Source: Candidatus Poribacteria bacterium (GTDB taxonomy: Bacteria; Poribacteria; WGA-4E; PCPOR2b). Taken from it: a stretch of DNA of 64,000 nucleotides. The translations under genes were made by a program, and so were the position numbers. The stretch is from positions 960,001 to 1,024,000 of the forward strand of contig OZ244587.1 in the NCBI GenBank assembly GCA_965218095.1, written 5' to 3'. This document shows positions 57,201-64,000 of the stretch, in pieces (the first letter of the stretch is position 1; each line of letters begins with the position of its first letter). The notes beneath the pieces are model-generated. The model did no database searches. It saw nothing but the letters and a program-made list of their open reading frames with translations, and had not been told where the DNA came from.

Positions 57201-59227
57201 TTTCGCCGAAGCAGATTGTTGGCGTCTCTGCCGCACTTATTCCGTTCCTCGAACATGATGATGCAAACCGCGCCTTGATGGGGAGTAACATGCAAAGGCA
57301 AGCGGTACCGCTGCTCCGCCCGCAAGCTCCGCGTATTGGGACCGGTATGGAGTACAAGGCAGCCCATGACTCTGGCGCAGTTGTGTTGGCAAAGCGGGAT
57401 GGTGTCGTGGAGAGCGTTTCTGCCTCCGAAATCATTATCCGCACGGATGACACCTTTCGGATTGATGGTGGAGAACAGTCATTCAGCGAGATGGGATACG
57501 ATGTCTACCGGTTGGTGAATTTCAAGCGATCGAACAGTGGCACCGGTCTTCATCAACGCCCGTGTGTGGCTGCCAAGGAAGTGGTGAAAGCAGGCCAGGT
57601 GATTGCCGATGGCACCTCGACGGAAGATGGGGAACTTGCCCTCGGTAGCAACGTTCTGGTTGCGTTCATGTCTTGGGAAGGATATAATTATGAGGATGCG
57701 CTCCTCATAAGCGAATCACTGGTAACTGATGATACCTACACCTCCATCCACATCGAAGAGTTTGAGGTGGAAGCGCGGGATACGAAGATGGGGAGGGAGG
57801 AGATCACCCGGGACATCCCGAACCTCTCAGAGGAAGCCTTGAGTCAACTGGATGAAGAGGGAATTATTCATGTCGGTTCGATTGTTCGTCCCGGAAGTAT
57901 TCTGGTCGGCAAGGTTACCCCGAAAGGGGAAAGCGACCTGGGTCCAGAGGAGAAACTTCTTCGGGCTATTTTTGGTGAGAAAGTCGGTGAGGTGCGTGAC
58001 GCTTCCAAGTACGTCAGACCCGGCACAGAAGGTGTAGTGGTTGATGTGAAGGTCTTCTCCCGGAGAGAGCGAGAACGCGATCGCCAGACCGAGTTGCGGG
58101 AGCTTGCTAAAGAGAAGGAAGTCGAAAAAGAGTGGCAGGCGAAGTGCATGTTAATCAACCAGCGCAAGAACACAGAGATTCGTAACACTCTGCTCGGCAA
58201 AACGCTCGCTAGTAGCGTCTCTGATGGCGCAGAACTTCACGCCCAGCAGGGAGATGTTGTCACAGAGGAGTTGCTGGATGCAGGGGCGCCCCTCGAACAC
58301 TTCCATGTCACGGACGCTAATGCAATGGACCGCATCCAGCGCATTCGACAATTGGCGCAAGGGCGCATTGATGCCCTGACCGCCGAGCAGGAAGATCAGC
58401 TTGAGAAGATTCGCAAGGGGGATGAGTTGAAGCCCGGCGTTCTCAAACTGGTGAAGGTTTATGTGGCGAACCATCGCAAGATTGCTGTCGGCGACAAGAT
58501 GTCTGGGAGACATGGCAACAAGGGGGTGGTCGCGAAGATACTCCCGCAAGAAGACATGCCGTACCTGGAAGATGGAACCCCAGTTCAGATTGTAATGAAC
58601 CCGTTGGGCGTCCCCGGACGAATGAATGCCGGACAGATTCTGGAGGCGCATTTGGGCCGGGCAGCGGAGAAACTCGGCTTGTACATCACTACACCGGTCT
58701 TTGATGGCGCGAATGAGGAGGAGATTCGTGAGCTCTTGCACAAAGCCGGACTGCCCGAAAGCGGAAAAGCGAAGTTGTATGATGGACGTACGGGGGAACC
58801 TTTTGCACAGGAAGTCACCGTCGGACATGGGTATGTTCTCAAGCTGAATCATCTCGTTGATGATAAAATCCACGCTCGCAGCACAGGCCCTTATTCGTTG
58901 GTGACGCAGCAACCGCTCGGCGGCAAGGCGCAACAAGGCGGACAACGGTTCGGCGAGATGGAGGTGTGGGCATTGGAGGCGTATGGCGCCGCATACACCC
59001 TTCAGGAGTTGCTCACGATTAAATCCGACGATGTCGTCGGAAGGAGTAAGATCTACGAAGCAATTGTCAAAGGGGAGAATGCTCCTACGCCGGGCACTCC
59101 AGAATCGTTTAACGTCCTGGTAAAAGAATTACAAAGCCTCTGCCTCGATGTGAAATTAGAACAAGCATCTGGTGACGCAGAGACATTTGACATTGACGTC
59201 ACGAATTGGACGGCAGAAAAAGAATGA
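54209..59227 (+). CDS. rpoB: DNA-directed RNA polymerase beta subunit with large nested insertions, including an HNH domain
   Basis: [85 protein letters not shown]. Confidence 0.98.
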   Translation: MPHVVKYGKRERLSFAKIPEIMDLPDLIEVQKSSYEEFLQRNIPPEKRKDKGLQAVFKEIFPIPDFSETSELRFVSYSLGTPKYDINECQSRGFSYAMPIKICVQLVLREQDNDTGENQLIDIKESEVYMGEIPLMTENGTFIINGSERVIVSQLQRSPGATFGEETHTSGQKLHIARIIPYRGEWIEFEHDIKDQIYVRLARRKKMFVTILLRALGWETDETILKMYAKTEWVSLNDSLIDRVIATPVKHLVTEDVSLEANTALTAEQIDELLKAGISEVEVFHKTKTERVSLDDSPIGRVTSVPVKHSVTGDVSLKANTELTAKQIDDLRKRDPLFQVDLNSVARPEPTQFDPDPDFDYKSPEWQSLKRQCREKAGWKCEQCGIDLSDDPKYLDTHHVKGSQHNNLEDLMALCIGCHAEQQPDERHKHLKKEDRYKEFMDSYGDNWKSAILQWKSAVLQSDLTDGASVSDEWCRQFKDNGASLSPSAIVQVKTESRRWRVSNKNSRGNFTIEKAGDTFNVYQDLEIEVFHKTERVSLDDSLIGRVTSASVEYKRLVTADVLLEVNTELTAEQIADLLEAGVGEVEVLDADDAEEIRFLRNTLERDLQLDYTLPRIFQVPLPSDLEGDLTDDAPVSDAWLRKFKDNGTSLSPSATVQVKAEGRYRISNKNSRDNFTIEKAGDTLNVYRGSIQDLAVVDIFRKLQPGDPPTIESAYNRFEKMFFDPVRYDLAEVGRYKLNRKLGDLSLYRNGNEMVGEHVRILRKEDIAAVLKYLIQVQNGNGEMDDIDHLGNRRVRAVGELLQNQVRMGMQRVTRATRERLTVQELESMTPPDLINPKPLTAAIKDFFGSSQLSQFMQQANPLDELTHKRRLSALGPGGLHRERATFEVRDVHRTHYGRVCPIETPEGPSVGLIVSLSTYARVNAYGFMETPYRKVVNGQATDQIDYLTADKEDAFTIAQAHAVLDKDGNMADDLMVTRHKDDFPRKPAQEVDYIDVSPKQIVGVSAALIPFLEHDDANRALMGSNMQRQAVPLLRPQAPRIGTGMEYKAAHDSGAVVLAKRDGVVESVSASEIIIRTDDTFRIDGGEQSFSEMGYDVYRLVNFKRSNSGTGLHQRPCVAAKEVVKAGQVIADGTSTEDGELALGSNVLVAFMSWEGYNYEDALLISESLVTDDTYTSIHIEEFEVEARDTKMGREEITRDIPNLSEEALSQLDEEGIIHVGSIVRPGSILVGKVTPKGESDLGPEEKLLRAIFGEKVGEVRDASKYVRPGTEGVVVDVKVFSRRERERDRQTELRELAKEKEVEKEWQAKCMLINQRKNTEIRNTLLGKTLASSVSDGAELHAQQGDVVTEELLDAGAPLEHFHVTDANAMDRIQRIRQLAQGRIDALTAEQEDQLEKIRKGDELKPGVLKLVKVYVANHRKIAVGDKMSGRHGNKGVVAKILPQEDMPYLEDGTPVQIVMNPLGVPGRMNAGQILEAHLGRAAEKLGLYITTPVFDGANEEEIRELLHKAGLPESGKAKLYDGRTGEPFAQEVTVGHGYVLKLNHLVDDKIHARSTGPYSLVTQQPLGGKAQQGGQRFGEMEVWALEAYGAAYTLQELLTIKSDDVVGRSKIYEAIVKGENAPTPGTPESFNVLVKELQSLCLDVKLEQASGDAETFDIDVTNWTAEKE
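54896..55975 (+). repeat. Three intragenic BBM2-like repeats in rpoB (A1 54896-55063; A2 55070-55207 plus 55788-55804; A3 55805-55975)
   Basis: Near-identical nucleotide and peptide units KTE.VSL.DS.I.RV...V...VT.DV.L..NT.LTA.QI..L..AG..EVEV. Confidence 0.85.
55241..55591 (+). other. In-frame HNH endonuclease-like domain inside RpoB
   Basis: [57 protein letters not shown]: two CxxC pairs with the HH...N...H pattern. Confidence 0.85.
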
Positions 59228-59316
59228 GGCGTGAAACGTAAAGCGTAAGAGGGAATTAGGGCGTATTGACAAATAGCTCCAAAGACTCATCAGATCGACA
59301 GAAAAGGAGACGCCAG

Positions 59317-62300
59317 ATGTCGAAAAACCTGAACAATTTTGACGCGATTTCAATCCGGATTGCTTCGCCGGAACAGATCAAGGAATGGGTAAAACCGACC
59401 GCATGCCACCAACGGGCCAGTACGTGCACAATAGGAAACTGCACATGCGGCGAAGTCCAGAAGCCCGAGACTATTAATTATCGCACATTCCGTCCCGAAC
59501 GAGACGGTTTGTTCTGTGAGGCGATCTTCGGGCCTCAGAAAGATTGGGAGTGTGGCTGCGGTAAGTACAAACGGATTAAACATAAAGGGGTGATTTGCGA
59601 TCGATGCGGGGTCGAAGTCACGCAGCAGAAGGTGCGCCGTGAACGGATGGGGTATATCCAGTTAGCGGCGCCGGTCTCGCATATCTGGTTCTTCAAAGGA
59701 CTCCCCTCGCGGATCGGGCTCTTTTTAGATCTCCCATTTCGTGATATAGAACGTGTCATCTATTTCGAGTCGTTTATTGTTCTGGAAGTCAATGATCCTG
59801 ACTGTGATCTGGAGGTGAAGCAACTCCTGACAGAGGAGGAGTACACCCAATTGACAACACAGTTTCCTGATGGCTTCCGTGCCGGCATGGGGGCGGATGC
59901 GATTAGGGAACTGCTGGAGCAGATTGATCTAGATCAAGAAGTGGAAACCCTGCGTGCAGAACTCGCCGAAACCGCAAGCAAGCAGAAAGCTCGGAAACTC
60001 TCCAAGCGGTTGAAGCTGGTGCTCGGTTTCAAAAAATCAGGCAATCAGCCGCACTGGATGATCCTTACGGTGATTCCGGTCATCCCCCCGGACTTACGTC
60101 CACTGGTTGCTCTCGACGGGGGACGCTTCGCCACCAGTGATCTGAATGATCTCTACCGGCGGGTGATTAACCGGAATAACCGCCTGAAGCGACTGATGGA
60201 ACTCCGGGCGCCCGAGGTAATTATCCGCAATGAGAAACGAATGCTCCAGGAAGCTGTAGATGCACTGCTGGATAATGGTCGACATGGACGCGTGGTGCGG
60301 GGGCCGGGCAATCGTCCGCTGAAATCCCTTTCCGATATGCTCAAAGGGAAGCCGGGGCGATTTCGTCAGAACCTGCTTGGCAAGCGTGTAGACTACTCAG
60401 GACGGACGGTCATCGTGGTCGGTCCTGAGCTCCAGTTGGACCAGTGTGGCCTCCCGAAGAAGATGGCATTGGAGCTATTTAAGCCGTTCATCATCCATAA
60501 GCTGCAAGCGAAGGGCTATGCCCACACCATCAAACGTGCGAAGAACATGGCAGAACAGGTCTCGCCAGAGGTGTGGGAGGTCCTGGAAGAGGTGATTGAC
60601 GAACATCCGGTTTTGCTGAACCGCGCCCCGACACTACACCGATTAGGGATTCAGGCGTTTCAACCCCTCTTGGTGGAGGGAAAGGCAATCCGGATCAATC
60701 CGCTTGTGTGTGAGGCATTCAATGCGGACTTCGATGGGGACCAGATGGCGGTGCACGTCCCGTTGAGCGTCGAAGCACAGATCGAGGCAAAACTACTGAT
60801 GATGGCGACACGAAACCTCCTGAAGCCTGCTCATGGTGACGCGATTGCGGTACCAAGTAAGGATGTCGCGCTCGGTTGCAATTTCCTTACGAAGGAGATT
60901 CCGGAAAATCGACGGGAGGAGGTGTGCCGGGTATCCATCCCACGGACCTATCGCGATACGGGTGAGATCATCCTTGCGCATGAGTGCGGTGTACTGGGGC
61001 TGCACGATCCAGTAAAGCTCTACCTTGATGGAGCAACGCAGCTAATTGAGACAACGGTGGGTCGAGTCATCTTCAACCAGATTGTTCCGCCGGAACTGCG
61101 ATTTACGGACCCCGAAACGAGAGAATCGCTACCTTTTATCAACCTGGAGATGCGCTCTGGAGATCTCTCCAAGCTGGTGTCCCGTGCGTTTGAGGAGCTG
61201 GGCAATCGCCGCACCGTTGAGTTTATCGATGAGTTAAAACGGCTCGGTTTTCATTACGCAACCCTGGCCGGGGTCTCCATCGCCATGCAGGACATGATCA
61301 TCCCTCCCGAGAAGCAGGGGTTGATAACGACTGCACGGAAGCAGGTGGAACAGATTGAAGCCGATTTCCAAAGTGGCGGTATGAGTGAAGGCGAACGGTA
61401 CAACAAAGTCATTGATATCTGGCATCAACTGATTGCGCAAATCGAAACCGCCTTGTTTGATGGACTGGCACAGGGACGGGATGATGAGGTTGAAGGGTTC
61501 AATCCCGTCCATATCATGGTGGACTCCGGCGCGATTTCCCGAAGCAAGCGGGATTCAATTCGCCAGTTGAGCGGACTGCGCGGGTTGATGACCAAGCCCT
61601 CCGGAGAAATTATTGAGCAGCCAATCGAGTCCTGCTTCCACGAAGGGTTGTCAGTTCTCGAATACTTCATTTCTACGCACGGAGCGCGGAAGGGACTTGC
61701 CGACACAGCGATTAAGACCGCCAGCAGCGGATACTTGACGCGGAAACTGGTTGATGTCGCGCAAGATGTGATAGTGACGATGATCGACTGTGGAACATTG
61801 GGTGATGTTACCAAGACGGCAGGCGAAGAGGAAGATAATACACTTGCTGAACGGATTTTCGGACGCACAGCGGCGGAAGACAATGTCGACCCGAATACAG
61901 GTGAACTGCTTGTCTCAAAGGATGATCGGATTACCCACCAAATAGCACAGCAGATCGAGGCGGTTGGTATCCCCGAAGTCCACGTCCGATCGGTGCTGAC
62001 ATGCGAAGCCCTGCATGGTGTGTGTGCGAGGTGTTACGGGACCGATTTGACAAGCGGACATCTCGTGGACGTCGGGGAGGCAATTGGTATCATTGCTGCA
62101 CAATCGATTGGGGAGCCGGGGACGCAGTTGACAATGCGGACGTTCCACACGGGCGGTACCGTCAGTGGCGGCGGGTTCCAATCGAGGGTTGAAGCTCGGC
62201 ACGACGGGATAGTGCAGTACCACAACAACGTCAGGTTCGTTGAACGACCGGTTCAGGCTCAATCAGCAACCAACGCTCAACCATCAGAAGGGGAAGTCTT

Positions 62301-63546
62301 TGAAAAAACTATCATCTCTCGAAATGCGCAACTCCGCATCGTTGATGCGAACGAACGCACAGTGGAACGGCACAATGTAGATGTCGGAGCGCGTCTCTGT
62401 GTCGAAGATGGACAGGTAGTAAGCAAAGGGGATGTCCAAAACGGCGTACAACCCACCCTGCTGCTGGAATGGGATCCGTATCGAGTGCCGATTCTGACGG
62501 AGGAAGAAGGGCACGGCGTGTTCAAAGATATTATCGAAGGGAAAACGATGCGCGAGGACAAAGCCACCGGTTTGGCAGAGTGGGTTATTATTGAATATAA
62601 AGGGGAGGATCAACCGCAAATTGAGATCCACAACGATGCTGGAGAAGTCCTCGCCAGTTACCTGATGCCAACAGGTGCACACCTTTCTATCACAGATGGT
62701 GAAGAGGTTAGTAAGGGCACGGTCCTGGCCCGTCTCCCTCGCGAGACAGCAAAGAGCCGAGACATCGTGACAGGGTTGCCACGGGTCACGGAACTCTTTG
62801 AGGCGCGACGGCCGAAGGACACCGCTGTCATCTCCAAGATTGAAGGATATGTCGAATTAGAGAGCCCTAGCCGTGGTGTACGCATCCTGCGCGTGGTGGA
62901 CGGAGACTTTCAGGAGAGCCATCGCATTCCACAGGGCAAACACCTAATTGTGCAGAATAATGACAGGGTAGCAGCAGGAGAACGGTTGACAGATGGACCA
63001 ATCAACCCGCACGATATCCTCGAAGTGAAAGGGGGGGAGGCAGTCCAGAACTACCTAGTCGATGAGGTGCAGGACGTGTATCGGAAGCAGGGCGAACGCA
63101 TCAATGACAAGCACATTGAAGTGATTGTGCGGCAGATGCTGAATAAGGTAAAGATTAAGCATCCAGGCGATACGGATTTCCTCGAAGAGGACGAAGTGGA
63201 CCGGTCGATCTTTAATCGAATAAACCGCCGTGTTCAGGAAAACGACGGACAGCCTGCCACAGCGGAGCCGATTCTCCAGGGCATCACAAAAGCCTCTCTT
63301 TCCACTGAGAGCTTCATTTCCGCGGCATCGTTCCAACAGACCACCAATGTCCTGACGAAGGCTTCGGTCATCGGCAAGCGCGATCGGCTGGTGGGTTTGA
63401 AGGAGAATGTCATAATGGGACACCTTATCCCCGCAGGAACGGGGGTGGGGCAGTTCCGGAAGATTCAGATTTTCCCCACAACGGAACCACAACCAGAGCT
63501 TCCAGATGCTTCACCGTTGCCAATCGATGAACAGGCGGCCGATTGA
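59317..63546 (+). CDS. rpoC: DNA-directed RNA polymerase beta-prime subunit
   Basis: [24 protein letters not shown] zinc finger, catalytic NADFDGD at 60721-60741, [19 protein letters not shown]3-type insert; AGGAG RBS. Confidence 0.98.
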   Translation: MSKNLNNFDAISIRIASPEQIKEWVKPTACHQRASTCTIGNCTCGEVQKPETINYRTFRPERDGLFCEAIFGPQKDWECGCGKYKRIKHKGVICDRCGVEVTQQKVRRERMGYIQLAAPVSHIWFFKGLPSRIGLFLDLPFRDIERVIYFESFIVLEVNDPDCDLEVKQLLTEEEYTQLTTQFPDGFRAGMGADAIRELLEQIDLDQEVETLRAELAETASKQKARKLSKRLKLVLGFKKSGNQPHWMILTVIPVIPPDLRPLVALDGGRFATSDLNDLYRRVINRNNRLKRLMELRAPEVIIRNEKRMLQEAVDALLDNGRHGRVVRGPGNRPLKSLSDMLKGKPGRFRQNLLGKRVDYSGRTVIVVGPELQLDQCGLPKKMALELFKPFIIHKLQAKGYAHTIKRAKNMAEQVSPEVWEVLEEVIDEHPVLLNRAPTLHRLGIQAFQPLLVEGKAIRINPLVCEAFNADFDGDQMAVHVPLSVEAQIEAKLLMMATRNLLKPAHGDAIAVPSKDVALGCNFLTKEIPENRREEVCRVSIPRTYRDTGEIILAHECGVLGLHDPVKLYLDGATQLIETTVGRVIFNQIVPPELRFTDPETRESLPFINLEMRSGDLSKLVSRAFEELGNRRTVEFIDELKRLGFHYATLAGVSIAMQDMIIPPEKQGLITTARKQVEQIEADFQSGGMSEGERYNKVIDIWHQLIAQIETALFDGLAQGRDDEVEGFNPVHIMVDSGAISRSKRDSIRQLSGLRGLMTKPSGEIIEQPIESCFHEGLSVLEYFISTHGARKGLADTAIKTASSGYLTRKLVDVAQDVIVTMIDCGTLGDVTKTAGEEEDNTLAERIFGRTAAEDNVDPNTGELLVSKDDRITHQIAQQIEAVGIPEVHVRSVLTCEALHGVCARCYGTDLTSGHLVDVGEAIGIIAAQSIGEPGTQLTMRTFHTGGTVSGGGFQSRVEARHDGIVQYHNNVRFVERPVQAQSATNAQPSEGEVFEKTIISRNAQLRIVDANERTVERHNVDVGARLCVEDGQVVSKGDVQNGVQPTLLLEWDPYRVPILTEEEGHGVFKDIIEGKTMREDKATGLAEWVIIEYKGEDQPQIEIHNDAGEVLASYLMPTGAHLSITDGEEVSKGTVLARLPRETAKSRDIVTGLPRVTELFEARRPKDTAVISKIEGYVELESPSRGVRILRVVDGDFQESHRIPQGKHLIVQNNDRVAAGERLTDGPINPHDILEVKGGEAVQNYLVDEVQDVYRKQGERINDKHIEVIVRQMLNKVKIKHPGDTDFLEEDEVDRSIFNRINRRVQENDGQPATAEPILQGITKASLSTESFISAASFQQTTNVLTKASVIGKRDRLVGLKENVIMGHLIPAGTGVGQFRKIQIFPTTEPQPELPDASPLPIDEQAAD

Positions 63547-63562
63547 GCGTGAAACGCGGCGT

Positions 63563-63670
63563 CAGGTATTAGGTTTAAGTGTTTGCTTATTCCTAAGAGC
63601 GTGTGTGAAAAGTGGTTTTTGGCTTGTCGGACTTCTCACACACGCTCTAAGACCTGAGCCCTAATACCTG
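63563..63670. terminator. Long inverted repeat between convergent rpoC and the HAD gene (possible bidirectional terminator)
   Basis: caggtattagg(63563) / cctaatacctg(63670) outer stem. Confidence 0.5.
63597..63647. mobile_element. MITE-like miniature element with terminal inverted repeats and a TAA direct repeat
   Basis: TAA-GAGCGTGTGTGAAAAGT ... ACTTCTCACACACGCTC-TAA. Confidence 0.6.
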
Positions 63671-64000
63671 CTAAGCCGTCGAGAGGAAACCATCCAACGC
63701 CTCCCATGAATCGACGCGCAGGATTGTCCCCTGATAATGCCGGGCCGAATCGAATCGCATTCCCTCTCGAAGTTCTTGCATCGGAAGATGGAACCGTTCG
63801 CTTGTTTGCATCGCGGTGCGATTCTGACCAATCAGGACTCCCAGATCCGCGTCGAGGATAGCGAGGAAGTCCGAGATCGAATCTCCAATGTACAGCGTTC
63901 GGCTCGGCTCCTCTCCCTGCCTATGTGTGTGAGATTCTTGACGCAGGGGAACGCATTTTCGTTCTCTGAACTTTCTCAACTTGTCCTGTGCGGAAACGAC
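63671..64000 (-). CDS. HAD-like hydrolase, C-terminal part (partial at window end)
   Basis: TLYIGDSISDFLAILDADLGVLIG HAD motif IV; frame open to the window edge. Confidence 0.7.
   Translation of the reverse strand, partial: VVSAQDKLRKFRERKCVPLRQESHTHRQGEEPSRTLYIGDSISDFLAILDADLGVLIGQNRTAMQTSERFHLPMQELREGMRFDSARHYQGTILRVDSWEALDGFLSTA

Noticed and set aside
62160-62760. Large insertion in the RpoC trigger loop as a novelty
   Set aside because: It matches the known SI3/beta-prime-i6 sandwich-barrel hybrid insertion position and approximate size.

Overview
This is a 64-kb bacterial chromosomal window with no rRNA, tRNA, CRISPR array, integrase or intact transposase that I can recognise. The gene content suggests Candidatus Poribacteria or a similar lineage (inference only): many Gfo/Idh/MocA oxidoreductases, PhyH dioxygenases, DapA-family lyases, BNR/sialidase-like proteins and REP-like hairpins. 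Most of the window is catabolic and housekeeping genes (bioB, ald, trmJ, comEC, MATE, rpoB, rpoC), plus several frameshifted or nonsense pseudogenes and a membrane-anchored TerY-P-type vWA/PP2C/kinase triad (27.4-31.6 kb). The standout is rpoB (54209-59227, 1672 aa). Its beta-lobe carries nested in-frame insertions: three BBM2-like repeats, two copies of an unnamed ~70-aa domain, and a complete zinc-binding HNH endonuclease-like domain inside one of those copies, with no intein or intron signature. The same RNA polymerase has substitutions at two rifampicin-pocket residues, a Cys-rich insert at the RpoC N-terminus and an altered SGARGS motif. rpoBC is detached from the ribosomal-protein genes and sits behind its own perfect consensus promoter. 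In-frame domain capture also appears in an AAA ATPase (permuted Ig repeats) and in a secreted prenyltransferase-fold protein (zinc ribbon).
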